A stretch of DNA of 64,000 nucleotides. Origin: an uncultured Acidobacteriota bacterium. Its GTDB lineage: Bacteria > Acidobacteriota > Vicinamibacteria > Vicinamibacterales > Fen-181. The translations under genes and the position numbers were made by a program. Below the pieces are notes generated by a model. It was not told the DNA's origin. It searched no databases and was given only the letters and a program-made list of their open reading frames with translations. The stretch covers positions 17,744 through 81,743 of the forward strand of contig CAVUTP010000015.1 of the NCBI GenBank assembly GCA_963744445.1, read 5' to 3'. How positions within the stretch are numbered: the stretch's first letter is position 1; each line of letters begins with the position of its first letter. Below are positions 52,617 through 64,000 of the stretch, one piece after another.

Positions 52617-54278
52617 GTGTATTCATCCGAACCGCTGCATCATTTCGTCGACGACTACCTCCAGTACCTCTACGAGACCCACCCGACTTCCGCGGCGCTG
52701 GACGGCGTGCATACGCACGACGACCTGCTCGAGGACATGAGCCGCGCGCGGCCTGGAGGGCCAGGCCCGAGCGCTTTCGGGCTTCGCCAGGCGGCTGGAC
52801 GAAATCCCCCTGGAGGGCCTGACCGAGAGCGAGCGCGTGGAGCACCCGGTCATCGCGTCCACGATCCGCTCGCGCATCTTCGAGATCGAGGAGAGCCGCT
52901 CCTGGGAGCGGAACCCTCAGATGTACGCCGACGTCCTGGCCACGAGCCTCGCGACGCAGGCCATCTTCCCGTACGCCCCGGAAGAGGAGCGCGCCCGCCG
53001 CGTGTTCTCCAAGCTCCGCCAGGCGCCCCGCCTGCTCCAGGCGGCCCGCGACAACGTGAAGGAGCCGCCGGGGATCTACGCGAAGGTGGGGCTGGAGGCG
53101 CTGCGCGGCGTCCTCAAGTTCATCGAGCAGGACCTGCCCCGGGCCTTTTCCGGCGTGGACGACCTGCACCTGCTCGGGGACCTGGCCGACGCCTCGGTGG
53201 AGGCAACCGACGCGCTGAAGGGCTACATCACCTACCTGGAGACGGATCTGGCGCCGCGCGCCCGCGCCTCGTTCCGCCTGGGCCGCGAGCGCTTCGAGAA
53301 GAAGCTCAAGCTGGACGAGGGCCTCGGCGTCGGGGTGGACAAGCTGCTTGCGATCGCCACCCGCGAGCTGTGGGCGGTGCAGGAGGAATTCCGCCGGGCG
53401 GCGTCCCGCGCGGACAGCGGCGACCCGCTGGATGCCTGGCGGCGCATCAAGGCCGACCACCCGGCGCCCGGGCGAGCTGGTCGGCGTGGCGCAGCGGCAG
53501 ATCGAGAAGCTGCTGACCTTCATCGAACGCCACGACCTCGTCACGCTCCCGCCGGGCGAACCGCTGATCGTCGCGCCGACGCCGGAGTTCTACCGCTGGA
53601 GCTTCGCGAGCCTGTGGACGCCGGGCCCGTTCGAGACGAAGCCGACCCGGTCCTACTACTACGTCACCGACGCCGACCCTTCCTGGCCGGCCGAGCGCCA
53701 GGACGAGCACCTGCGCGACTTCAACCACGCGACGATGTGGTCGATCTCGATGCACGAGGCCTACCCGGGGCATTTCGTGCACGCGCGGCACCTGCGGCAG
53801 GTGGAGTCGAAGCTGCGGAAGTCGCAACCTCTTCTCGCCGGCCTCCGCCGTGGAAGGGTGGGCGCACTACTGCGAGCAGATGATGATCGAGGCGGGCTTC
53901 GAGAAGGGCAACCACCTCGTCAAGCTCGGGCAGCTGGCCGAGGCCCTCGTCCGCCTGGCGCGCTTCATCGTGGGGATCCGCCTGCACGCCGAGGACATGT
54001 CGGTGGAGGCGGGGATGCGGTTCTTCCGCGACGAGGCCTTCATGGAGGAGGGGAGCGCGCGCCGCGAGGCGGAGCGCGGGACCTTCGACCCGACCTACCT
54101 GGTCTATTCAGCCGGCAAACTGATGATCCTGAAGCTTCGGGCCGACTACAAGGCGCAGCAGGGCGCCAAGTACTCGCTCAAGGGCTTCCACGACACGCTG
54201 CTCGGCAATGGCGCGCTGCCGATCTGGGCCCAGCGCAGGCTGATGCTGCCGGGCGATCGGGGGGAAGTCATCGAGTAG
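52617..54278 (+). CDS. DUF885 family protein; about three apparent frameshifts
   Basis: HPTSAALDGVH, HEAYPGH, EGWAHYCEQMM motifs across frames. Confidence 0.85.
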
Positions 54279-54351
54279 TGCAAAGTGCAAAGTGCAAATG
54301 CACAGGATGCGTCACCGTGTGACCCCCTGATTCCTGAAGCCTGAGTGAGAG

Positions 54352-54681
54352 ATGCCGCTTTACGAATACGAGTGCGAGAGTTGCGGGGTGAGGTTCGAGT
54401 TGATCCACCGGTTCACCGACGCCCCGCCGGAAACGTGCCGCACCTGCGGCGGCGGGCCCGTGCGGCGCCTGCTGTCCGCGCCCGCCATCCAGTTCAAGGG
54501 ATCGGGCTGGTACATCACCGACTACGCGCGGAAGGGCAAGAGCGATCCTGCGGCCAGTTCGTCGCCCGCCGCGGACTCGAAGAGCGGCTCCACCTCGGAG
54601 GGCTCGTCGTCCGACACCTCGAAGCCCGCCGCGGCGACCAAGACGGAGAGCAAGGGAAGCACCACCGAAAAGCAGGGCTGA
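54352..54681 (+). CDS. FmdB-family zinc-ribbon protein
   Basis: MPLYEYECESC..CRTCGG..FKGSGWYITDY plus Ser-rich tail. Confidence 0.92.
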   Translation: MPLYEYECESCGVRFELIHRFTDAPPETCRTCGGGPVRRLLSAPAIQFKGSGWYITDYARKGKSDPAASSSPAADSKSGSTSEGSSSDTSKPAAATKTESKGSTTEKQG

Positions 54682-54790
54682 AGCCCTGCTCCGACCGTAG
54701 ATTCAAGGCAGCGGCGATTCTGCAGCGTGCCGTTTTGCAGCGTGCATTCTGCAGCGTGCACTTTGCATTCTGCATTCTACATTCTGCATT

Positions 54791-56692
54791 CTACGGAGCC
54801 TCCCAGCTTTCCACGCGTTCCTGCACGCGCGACCACCAGCGGAGACGGCGCATCATCGAGCGCTTCTTGTGCTGGTGAGCGGCCATCCGGCGGAGGATCC
54901 GATCCAGGAGATCCACCGCGTCGAGGATGTGAGGCCCCTTGTTCAGCATCACGCACTCGGCGCGCACCGACATCGCCGCGTCGGTGATTTCCGCGCGCGA
55001 CGGCTGCCCCAGCTTCGCCAGGTTCTCGAGGACCTGGGTCGCCCACACCACCGGCACGTGGGCCGCCTCGCAGATCCACAGGATCTCTTCCTGCACCTCG
55101 GCCAGGCGCTCGTAGCCGCACTCCACCGCGAGGTCGCCGCGCGCGATCATGATTCCGATCGCGGGGCTCGACATGGCGGCCAGGATCAGCTCCGGCAGCA
55201 GCTCGAAGGCCCGCCGCGTCTCCACCTTCAGCAGGATCCCTCGGCAGCGGCCGCCGCCGACTGCCGCCAAGCGTGCCTGCAGGCGGCGGACATCTTCCAC
55301 GGACCTCACGAACGACAGCCCGACGATATCCGCGTGCCGCGCGACGATGGCGAGATCGAGGATGTCGCGCCGCGTCATCGCCCCCACGTCCATGCGCGTC
55401 TCGGGCAGGTTGATGCCCCGGCCCGCGCGCAGGCGATCGCCGCCGGTCTTCGCGTGGGTGATCCTCACGAGGACGTGGTCGTCCTTCACCGACTCGACGA
55501 CCCCTCCGATCCGCCCGTCGTCGAACCAGACCGACTCGCCCCGCCGAGCCGGCGCGAAGGCCCGCGGCAGCGTGCAGGAGATGGCGGCAGGAGTGGAGAT
55601 GGAGCCGCTGTCGTCGAGTTGCGCCTCGCGGCCGGGAATCGGCGCCCGCGTCACCATCAACGCGTCCCCGCGCTGGAGCAGGAGACCTTGCTCCTGCCGG
55701 GGGATGCCGGCCAGCGAGGCCGTCAGCGACTTCTTCTTGCCCTTGCGGCGCACCCGGAAGCGGGTGCCGTTGGTAACGTAGGCGGTCGAGCGGCCTTGGG
55801 CGAGGCAGAACGTGCCGCCCTGCCCGGTCACGACGAGCGACCGGCTGGCCTGCCGGGTATCCCGGAACCGGATTGTGTCCCCGACGTTCAACGCGGCGAT
55901 GAACCGACGGGGCAGCGTCAGCGTGGCCACGGGGGTCACGTCGAGGCTGACGGCTGGGAGCCGGCCCCGGGCGCGGAGCACGACGGTAGCCGGGGTGACG
56001 ACGCGCCCCAGGCGATCGCGGACGGGGCGCCACTTGATGACGGCCGGCCCCGGCTCGATCCGGCCGGTGCGGACCTTCGGGCCGCCGAGGTCCATGACGA
56101 TCTTGCACGGCAGGCCGAGCTGCTTCGACGCCCGCCGCACGTGGCCCGCCATCTTCACCCAGTCCGCGGCCGTGTCGTGCGCGCAGTTGATGCGGGCGCA
56201 GTTCATGCCCCGGCGGATCAGCTCCGTCACGAGGTCGGGATCCGTGGCCGCCTCCGTCGGCAGCGTCACCATGATTCGAGCGGTCCGCTTGCGCGGTTCG
56301 TCGCCGAGCAGCGCGCGCGCGTGTTGCGCGATGATGTCGCGGCCCTCGTCCAGCGCCACGGGTGGCGTGGGGTCGCCGTTGTCGGCGGGACGCCCGGCGA
56401 CCGGCCGCAGCAGGCCGATGACCGCGTTGAGGTTCGCGAGCACCGCGGACTCGCTGTGGCCCAGGGAAGAGGCGCCGGCGGCGGAAAGGCGGCGCTGGAC
56501 ACGGCGGACGTCGTGGCGGCGGAGCGCCACGTAGTGGACCAGGTTGCGCGCACTGGCCCGATAGGAGGGGTGGATCCGGTCGAGGGGTTTGACGAAGCTG
56601 CTTTCGAGCTTTTCCAGCTGCGCGCGGAGCTTCATGAGCTTCGACACGAGCGCGCGATAGGCGGACCGGTGGGGGGGCGGCTTCCTCGGCAC
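54791..56692 (-). CDS. pyk: Pyruvate kinase, long atypical form
   Basis: [64 protein letters not shown]. Confidence 0.88.
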   Translation of the reverse strand: MPRKPPPHRSAYRALVSKLMKLRAQLEKLESSFVKPLDRIHPSYRASARNLVHYVALRRHDVRRVQRRLSAAGASSLGHSESAVLANLNAVIGLLRPVAGRPADNGDPTPPVALDEGRDIIAQHARALLGDEPRKRTARIMVTLPTEAATDPDLVTELIRRGMNCARINCAHDTAADWVKMAGHVRRASKQLGLPCKIVMDLGGPKVRTGRIEPGPAVIKWRPVRDRLGRVVTPATVVLRARGRLPAVSLDVTPVATLTLPRRFIAALNVGDTIRFRDTRQASRSLVVTGQGGTFCLAQGRSTAYVTNGTRFRVRRKGKKKSLTASLAGIPRQEQGLLLQRGDALMVTRAPIPGREAQLDDSGSISTPAAISCTLPRAFAPARRGESVWFDDGRIGGVVESVKDDHVLVRITHAKTGGDRLRAGRGINLPETRMDVGAMTRRDILDLAIVARHADIVGLSFVRSVEDVRRLQARLAAVGGGRCRGILLKVETRRAFELLPELILAAMSSPAIGIMIARGDLAVECGYERLAEVQEEILWICEAAHVPVVWATQVLENLAKLGQPSRAEITDAAMSVRAECVMLNKGPHILDAVDLLDRILRRMAAHQHKKRSMMRRLRWWSRVQERVESWEAP

Positions 56693-56885
56693 AGCTCGAC
56701 CTTTTGGAGCAAGGGTAGCACAACCCCTTGGAAGGGGTCGGGGCTCCCTTCCCTCGGCCGGTTCGGCGTCAACCGGGAGTGAGTGCCAACCGGAGTGGGT
56801 GCCGGTTGAGTGCCGGCGAGTACCGGACCGGTGTAGAGTAAAACACGCTTGCCCAGCTCATGGGGCGACACCTGGAGGCACGAGC

Positions 56886-57790
56886 GTGAAGCTTCAAAAC
56901 ATCATCAGGGCCGCACGCGAGCTTTCCGAGCCGTACGCGATCACCAACGGCCGCCGCTTCCGCGTGAAGGACGTTGACCCGCGCGACACGGGTCCGCTCA
57001 AGGCCGAGGACAAGCCGCGAGCCGCCGACGCGCTGCGCGAGGGCATCGAGGCGATGGCGGCGCTCCAGGACAAGCTGTACGCGCAGGACCACTGGGCCGT
57101 CCTCCTCATCTTCCAGGCCATGGACGCGGCGGGGAAGGACGGCGCCATCAAGCACGTGATGTCCGGCCTCAACCCGCAGGGCTGCCAGGTGGCGAGCTTC
57201 AAGGCGCCGTCCGCCGAGGAGCTGGACCACGACTACCTGTGGCGGTGCCAGCGGCACCTGCCCGAGCGCGGGCGCATCGGGATCTTCAACCGGTCGTACT
57301 ACGAGGAGGTCCTGGTGGTGCGGGTGCACCCGGAGATCCTCGAGCGGCAGAAGCTCCCCGCGGCGCTCGTGGACGGGAAGATCTGGAAGCGCCGCTACGA
57401 GGACATCGCGGCCTTCGAGCGCTACCTGGCCACAACGGCACCATCGTCCGGAAGTTCTTCCTCCACGTGTCGCGGAAGGAGCAGAAGCGCCGATTCCTCG
57501 AGCGGCTCGACACGCCGGAGAAGAACTGGAAGTTCTCCGCCGCCGACGTGAAGGAGCGGGGCTACTGGAAGGACTACATGGCGGCCTACGAGGAGATGAT
57601 CCGGAGGACGGCCACGAAGTCGGCGCCCTGGTACGTGGTGCCGGCCGACAACAAGTGGTTCACGCGCGCGGTGGTGGCCGCGGCGGTGGTGGACGCGCTC
57701 GGGTCGCTGAACCTGCGCTACCCGGAGGTCGGGCCCGCGCAGCAGAAGGAACTGGCGGCGGCGAAGCGGCTGCTGCTGGCGGAGAAGTAA
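56886..57790 (+). CDS. ppk2: Polyphosphate kinase 2 family; apparent frameshift near 57430
   Basis: [54 protein letters not shown]. Confidence 0.92.
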
Positions 57791-57922
57791 CGCGCGGAGT
57801 CCTGAGCGAGCTCTCGAGGACGCGCGAGTCGAAGGGCGAAGCGGCTCCTGCTGGCGGAGCTCCACTACAATACGCGCGTGGATATCAGCCGGTGCGGCGG
57901 GCGGGCCCGAGCGGGGAGCGTG

Positions 57923-58979
57923 ATGAGACCGATCCGACGCACCTGCGGCCTCGTGGCCGCCTGCCTTGCGGTCGCCCTGATCGAGGCCGCGGCCCCGGCT
58001 GCCCCGCTGCCGCCGGACATCGCGGGGTTCCTCACGAAGACGGCCGGGTTCAGGGAAGCGGACCTCTCCGCGCTCGAGGCCGGGCGAGTAATCAGCAGGG
58101 CCCAGCCCAGCACGGCCGCGACGGAGATCTTCGTGCTGGCCGCGGTCAAGATCCGGGCGAACCGGGAGCGGGTCGCGAGCTACTTCGGGCAGATGGTGAA
58201 GTACGTGGACGGCGAGATCACGCTCGGGTTTGGCCGGTTCTCCACGCCGCCCCAGCTGTCCGACGTCGCGACGCTCACACTCGACCGCGACGAGATCGAC
58301 GCCCTGCGGTCCTGCAAGCCCGGGGACTGCGACCTGAGGATCGGCGGCGCAGGGATCGAGACCATCCGCCGCGCCGTCAACTGGAACGCCTTGAATTCGC
58401 CGGAGCAGGCGCAGCGGGCCGTGCGCAAGGCGCTGGTCGATTACGTCACCGCCTACCAGGCGCGCGGCGACCAGGTGCTGGTCACCTACAACGACCAGTC
58501 GAGGCCGGTGAGCCTTGCCGAGCAGTGGCGCGGGATTGTCGCCGGGTCGAAGTGACTTCCTCCAGTACCAGCCGGTGCTGCGCGACTACATCACCCTGTA
58601 CCCGGATGCCACGCTGCCTGGCGGGCAGGACATCATGTACTGGGTGAAGGAGAAGTTCGCCCCTCTCAAGCCCATCATCAGCATCGTCCACGGCGTCGTG
58701 TACGACGCGCCCGGTGGCGCGAATCGCACGACGATCGTTCAGAAGCAGATCTACGCGAGCCACTACTACGATGCCTCGGTCGCGCACACCACCCTCGCGG
58801 AAGCAACGGAGGCGGGCAAGCCCGTGACCTACCTGGTCTACGCGACGCGGGCGCGCGGCGACTTGCTGAAGGGAGGCTTCGGGGGCATGAAGGGTGGCGT
58901 GGCGCGCAGCCAGGCGCGCAAGGGAGCCGAGGGGACGCTCGCGACGATCCAGGAAGTGCTCGAGAAGTCCGGGCGATAG
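57923..58979 (+). CDS. Hypothetical secreted protein; apparent frameshift near 58553
   Basis: Signal peptide; two abutting GC3-rich ORFs (…KQIYASHYYD…). Confidence 0.65.
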
Positions 58980-59025
58980 CCCGCGAGCCGGGCACTGGCA
59001 CCTCCGGCACCTGTAGCACCTTCTG

Positions 59026-59901
59026 TTACGACTTTCCGTCCAGCGACCGCAGGTATTCCTTGAACGGTCCCGCGAGGTCGGGGCGCCGGAGCGCGAAGTA
59101 GACGACCGCCTTCAGGAAGCCCAGCTTGTTGCCGGTGTCGTGCCGGACCCCCTTCACCTCGTAGCCATAGATCGGCCGGTCCTGCAGCAGGCGGCGGAGG
59201 CCGTTGGTCAGCTGGATCTCGCCGGTGCGATCGACGACGGTGGTCTGGAGGGCGCCGAAGATGTCGGGGGTGAGGATGTAGCGGCCGATGATGGCAAGGT
59301 TGGAGGGTGCCTCCTCGCGGCGTGGCTTCTCGACCAGGTCGCGAATCCGGTACACGCCGTCGCCGAGCGACTCCGCGATGTCCACGACACCGTAGGACGA
59401 GACGTCGGCTTCCGGTACGCGCTCGACGGCCAGCACCGGCCCGCCCACGCGCGCGAACACCTCCGCCATCTGCGCGAGGGCCGGTGGGTCTGCGTCAATC
59501 ACGTCGTCGCCGAGCACCACGGCAAACGGCTCGTTCCCGACCAGGTCCCTGGTGACCAGCACCGCGTGCCCGAGGCCAAGCGGCTCGCCCTGCCGGACGT
59601 AGGCGAAGTTGATCAAGTTGGAGACCTTGCGGATCTCGGCCAGCTGGTCGGTCTTTCCCCTGGCTTCCAGGAAGGTCTCCAGCTCGACCGAGACGTCGAA
59701 GTGATCCTCGATCGCGTTCTTCCCGCGGCCCGTGACGAGGATGATGTTCTCGATGCCCGAGGCGACCGCTTCCTCGACGCCGTACTGGATGATTGGCTTG
59801 TCCACCAGCACCAGCATCTCCTTGGGCTGGGCCTTCGTGGCGGGCAGGAAGCGCGTGCCAAGTCCGGCGGCGGGGAAGACGGCCTTGCGAATCGTCGTCA
59901 T
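59026..59901 (-). CDS. galU: UTP--glucose-1-phosphate uridylyltransferase
   Basis: [44 protein letters not shown]. Confidence 0.96.
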   Translation of the reverse strand: MTTIRKAVFPAAGLGTRFLPATKAQPKEMLVLVDKPIIQYGVEEAVASGIENIILVTGRGKNAIEDHFDVSVELETFLEARGKTDQLAEIRKVSNLINFAYVRQGEPLGLGHAVLVTRDLVGNEPFAVVLGDDVIDADPPALAQMAEVFARVGGPVLAVERVPEADVSSYGVVDIAESLGDGVYRIRDLVEKPRREEAPSNLAIIGRYILTPDIFGALQTTVVDRTGEIQLTNGLRRLLQDRPIYGYEVKGVRHDTGNKLGFLKAVVYFALRRPDLAGPFKEYLRSLDGKS

Positions 59902-60052
59902 CGGGCGGATCTCCTGCACACATAGTATTCTAAGTAGGCGGCCACGATTTCAGATCGGGCGAGAGGAGCGCGTGTGCCCGGCGAGGGAGCCGATGCGGCC
60001 GCTCCCGCCACGATGCCGTCTTCCACCAGAGCCGCTCCGCAACCTTAGCGCC

Positions 60053-61342
60053 ATGCTCGATCCCAACTTCGTCCGCGACAATCCCGAACTGGTTCGAACC
60101 GGCCTGCGCAATCGGGGCCTCGACCCCGACGGCGATCTCGAGAAGCTCGCCGCGATCGAGGCGCGCCGCCGCGCCATCATCCCGGAGGCCGAGGGCCTCA
60201 AGCAGCAGCAGAACCGGTCGGGGGAGGAGATCGCGCGGGCCAAGAAGGAAGGGCGCGACCCGAGCGCGGTGTTCGCGGCCAACCGCGAACGCGGCCAGCG
60301 GATCAAGGAACTGGAGACGGAAGTCGAGGCGATCGAGCAGGCGCGCCGCGCGCTGCTGCTGACCATCCCCAACCTGCCGTCGCCGAAGGTGCCGGTCGGC
60401 GCCAGCGCGGCGGACAACGTCGAGGTGCGCCGGGTGGGCGAGCCCAGGCCGTTCGACTTCGAGGCCCAGGCGCACTGGGACCTCGGGCCGGCCCTCGGCA
60501 TCATCGATTTCGAGCGCGCGGTGAAGACGTCCGGTGCGCGGTTCGCGTTCCTGGTGGGCGCGGGCGCCCGGATGTCGCGGGCGCTGATCAACTTCATGCT
60601 CGCGCTGCACGCGCGCGAGCACGGCTACACCGAGGTGGAGCCGCCTTTCCTGGTGAATGCCGCCGCGTTGACGGGCACGGGCAACCTGCCGAAGTTCGAG
60701 GCGGATCTCTTCAAGATTGCGGGGGAGTGGGACCTGTACCTGGTGCCGACCGCAGAGGTGCCGCTGACGAACCTCCATCGGGACGAGATCCTCGACGGCC
60801 GGCTGTTGCCCTTGAAGTACCGCGCCTACACGCCGTGCTTCCGCAGCGAGGCGGGCTCCTACGGCGCGGACGTGCGCGGCCTGATTCGCCAGCACCAGTT
60901 CGACAAGGTGGAACTGGTGAAGTTCTCGGCGCCGGACCGGTCGTACGACGAGCTGGAAGCCCTCACGCGCGATGCGGAGCAGGTGCTCGTGCGCCTCGGC
61001 CTGCCGTACCGGACGGTGGCGCTGTGCACGGGCGACATGGGCTTCGCGTCGGCGATGACCTACGACATCGAGGTGTGGCTGCCGAGCCAGAAGACGTATC
61101 GCGAGATTTCCTCGTGCAGCAACACCGAGGCATTCCAGGCGCGCCGCGCGAACATCAAGTTCCGGCCGGACGGGAAGGGCAAGGCCGAGCACGTGCACAC
61201 GCTGAACGGCTCGGGCCTCGCGGTGGGCCGCACGCTGATCGCGGTCATCGAGAACTACCAGCAGGAGGACGGGTCGATCATCGTGCCCGAGGCCCTGCGG
61301 CCGTACATGGACGGGCAGGAGATCATCGAGCCGCGCAGGTAG
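60053..61342 (+). CDS. serS: Serine--tRNA ligase
   Basis: [44 protein letters not shown]. Confidence 0.97.
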   Translation: MLDPNFVRDNPELVRTGLRNRGLDPDGDLEKLAAIEARRRAIIPEAEGLKQQQNRSGEEIARAKKEGRDPSAVFAANRERGQRIKELETEVEAIEQARRALLLTIPNLPSPKVPVGASAADNVEVRRVGEPRPFDFEAQAHWDLGPALGIIDFERAVKTSGARFAFLVGAGARMSRALINFMLALHAREHGYTEVEPPFLVNAAALTGTGNLPKFEADLFKIAGEWDLYLVPTAEVPLTNLHRDEILDGRLLPLKYRAYTPCFRSEAGSYGADVRGLIRQHQFDKVELVKFSAPDRSYDELEALTRDAEQVLVRLGLPYRTVALCTGDMGFASAMTYDIEVWLPSQKTYREISSCSNTEAFQARRANIKFRPDGKGKAEHVHTLNGSGLAVGRTLIAVIENYQQEDGSIIVPEALRPYMDGQEIIEPRR

Positions 61343-61495
61343 GAACTGACGCACCCGGCGCACGGCCGCACCACGTTGGCGCGGGTGTTGATGAAATAGG
61401 AGCTCGCGCGGCGGGACCGTTCAACTACGAGGCGGAAGACAAAGCCCTCGCTGCCGCTGCCGACTGACGGTGAAACCACCGGCCAAGGAGCCTGC

Positions 61496-62152
61496 ATGTC
61501 TCCTGCGATCATCTGGGTGTCCGCGATTGCCGGCCTCCTGTTGGTCGTCCTCTTCCTCGTGGCCTTCGTCCGGCGAAGGGAGCGGGAGCGAACCGAATCG
61601 CTGCGCCACCTTGCCGAAACGACCGGCCTCGCGTTCCAGCCGACGCCCGACGTGAGTGCCGTGCGCGCGCTCGGCGACGTGCAGCTGTTCGGTCGAGGCC
61701 ACTCGAAGCAGGTGAGGAACTTGATGACGGGGCGGCTGGACGACCAGCAGGTTGCCCTCTTCGACTACCGTTACACGACGGGATCGGGAAAGCACCAGCA
61801 CACGCACTCGCAGACGGTCGTCCTCCTGCCGCGGGCGAAGATGTCGCTTCCCGACCTGCAGCTGGCGCCGGAGAACGCGCTGGTGAGGATCGCGGAAGTG
61901 TTCGGGTACCAGGACATCGACCTGGAGTCGAGCCCGGAGTTCTCCAGGCGCTACATTGTCAGGGGCGCGGACGAAGCGGCCATTCGGGCCGCGCTCTACC
62001 CGGGCGCGGCCTCGCACTTCGCGCAGCACGAAGGGTGGACGGTGGAACTGAAGTCGGGCAGCGTGGCCATCTACCGGGCCAACAGGCGCCCGAAACCCGA
62101 GGACATACGGATGTTCATCGAGGACGCCCTGGCGGCGGCCCGCAGCCTTTGA
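61496..62152 (+). CDS. Hypothetical membrane-anchored protein
   Basis: AAGGAG RBS, N-terminal TM helix, FDYRYTTGSGK, DIDLESSPEFSRRY. Confidence 0.75.
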   Translation: MSPAIIWVSAIAGLLLVVLFLVAFVRRRERERTESLRHLAETTGLAFQPTPDVSAVRALGDVQLFGRGHSKQVRNLMTGRLDDQQVALFDYRYTTGSGKHQHTHSQTVVLLPRAKMSLPDLQLAPENALVRIAEVFGYQDIDLESSPEFSRRYIVRGADEAAIRAALYPGAASHFAQHEGWTVELKSGSVAIYRANRRPKPEDIRMFIEDALAAARSL

Positions 62153-62252
62153 AGGTTCCCCGCCCCGCAGGGGTCGGCGGCCACGCGTCGCCCGCGACCG
62201 GCCCGCGGATGGCGTATGATCTCCCTCGGCGCTCCAATACACAGGAGGTTCC

Positions 62253-62852
62253 ATGGCAGGACGCAGGATCCTGATGCTGGCGGGGGATTTCGTCGAGGAC
62301 TACGAGATCATGGTGCCCTTCCAGGCCCTTCTCGCGGTTGGTCATCGCGTGGAGGCGGTTTGCCCGGGCAAGAGGGCGGGTGACAAGGTCCGGACCGCCA
62401 TTCACGACTTCGAGGGCGACCAGACCTACAGCGAGAAGCCGGGCCACAACTTCACGCTCAACGCCACGTTCGACGAGGTGCAGGAACAGGACTACGACGC
62501 GCTCGTCATCCCCGGCGGCCGGGCGCCGGAGTACATCCGCCTCAACCCGCGCGTCCTCGAGATCGTCCGGCACTTCGCGCAGGCCGGCAAGCCGATCGCC
62601 GCCATCTGCCACGGCGCGCAGGTGCTCGCGGCGGCCGGTGTGCTGGAGGGGAAGCAGTGTTCCGCCTACCCCGCGTGCGGCCCGGACGTGACGAGGGCCG
62701 GCGGCCGCTACGCGGATATCGCCGTTGACGATGCGGTGGTGGACGGAGTGCTGGTGACGGCGCCGGCCTGGCCGGCCCACCCGAAGTGGATCGCGGCGTT
62801 CCTCCAGGTGCTCGGGACGAAGATCGAGCACGCGGAAGTGGCGCGCGCGTAA
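62253..62852 (+). CDS. DJ-1/PfpI family protein
   Basis: [27 protein letters not shown]. Confidence 0.93.
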   Translation: MAGRRILMLAGDFVEDYEIMVPFQALLAVGHRVEAVCPGKRAGDKVRTAIHDFEGDQTYSEKPGHNFTLNATFDEVQEQDYDALVIPGGRAPEYIRLNPRVLEIVRHFAQAGKPIAAICHGAQVLAAAGVLEGKQCSAYPACGPDVTRAGGRYADIAVDDAVVDGVLVTAPAWPAHPKWIAAFLQVLGTKIEHAEVARA

Positions 62853-62978
62853 CGGAAGGCGCGCGCGGCCCCGGATGTAGAATGCTGGTGTGTCCCGCCC
62901 GCCCGCTCTCCCGCTGGGGGCGCGGGCGCCTCGCGAGCCGACGTGCAACCGCGTGGTTCGCGTAGCCTGGACGACGTC

Positions 62979-63270
<292 letters not shown>

Positions 63271-63304
63271 CCGCCATGAGTTCTCGAGCTTCGCCGCCAG
63301 ACCC

Positions 63305-63584
63305 TCACGCCCCCGCGGCGCGGGTGAGCGACGGCATCGCGATACCTTCCTTGTTGACCGACTCGAAGTACGTGTTGCGCGCCATGCCCGCGGTGGCCGG
63401 ATTCGAGGAAGTTGCGCACGGCGTCCACCGAATCGGCCTCCCACACGCACACCGCCTTGCGGCCGTCTGGCGACGGCAACGTGTGAATGACCTTCAGGCC
63501 TTCCGTCAGGCCTGACGTCGCGGACTGTGCGGTTGCCCAGAACCTCGAGGTGTCGCTGATCTCGTGGTTGACGACGATGTACAT
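63305..63584 (-). CDS. Small hypothetical protein; apparent frameshift near 63400
   Basis: AAGGAGG RBS; MYIVVNHEISD..KAVCVWEADSVDAVRNFL | PATAGMARNTYFESVNKEG..*. Confidence 0.65.
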
Positions 63585-63812
63585 GCGGTCCTCCTTGCGC
63601 AGATGGGGCCTGCGCGCCCATGTTGAGGGACTTCGAGCGTTTCGTCGTTGTGGTCGGAACCCGCCCTCCATCCTACAGCGACTCGCCGCGCGCCCTGGGG
63701 ACAATCACGTTCACTCCTGACGAGGTGGCTCCGCCCAGGGTCCCGGGACAGCCGTCGACCCACCCCTTCTGGCAAAAAGCGGAGGCAGGGCTTCACAACC
63801 AGCGAGGCATCC

Positions 63813-64000
63813 ATGAAGCGAATGGCGGTCCCTGGCACGACGCGCTCGTCTGCAAGACCGTGATCGACACCACCCACCCGATCGCCGATCCCCCGCCCGT
63901 CAATGGGCGTGCTCCGCTTCTTCACTTCGCTCGACGAGTCGTTGATGGAGCGGCTGCAGCGGCGCGTGCTGGGCGCGCACTTCGTGAAAGCGTTCTCCTC
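63813..64000 (+). pseudogene. Fragment of an NADPH-dependent F420 reductase-like dinucleotide-binding protein
   Basis: KTVIDTTHPIADPPPVNG | VLRFFTSLDESLMERLQ..HFVKAFS; the N-terminal Rossmann part is absent. Confidence 0.55.

Overview
This is a GC-rich bacterial chromosome segment spanning the replication origin. Gene content and order suggest Acidobacteriota, probably Vicinamibacteria (inference). Leftward arm: rpmH-rnpA-yidD-yidC-jag-mnmE-mnmG, an inverted rsmG, parA-parB-selD (in-frame UGA, Sec), the atpF'FHAGDC operon, a PP2C phosphatase, wzm-wzt, rfaE2, two SurA-like PPIases flanking mfd, a NusG paralogue, dusB, a Tat Xaa-Pro peptidase and a TonB-dependent receptor. Rightward arm: dnaA-dnaN-gyrB-gyrA, a lipoprotein, uvrD/pcrA, glmS, glmU, a TPR protein, rsmI, DUF885, FmdB, pyk, ppk2, galU, serS, pfpI and tRNA-Ser(UGA). 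About 20 genes, many essential, carry single-base frameshifts, most likely long-read assembly errors. The novelty is in the non-coding DNA. (i) A ~250-295 bp branched, palindromic repeat family occurs as 5 copies plus 1 partial, including a 280-bp-period tandem array hit by an IS200-type element. (ii) More than 10 families of degenerate 7/8/15-mer arrays, often as inverted arms, fill most gene junctions and have entered dusB, mfd, mnmE and wzt in frame. (iii) A 6x17-bp array abuts the dnaA start codon.
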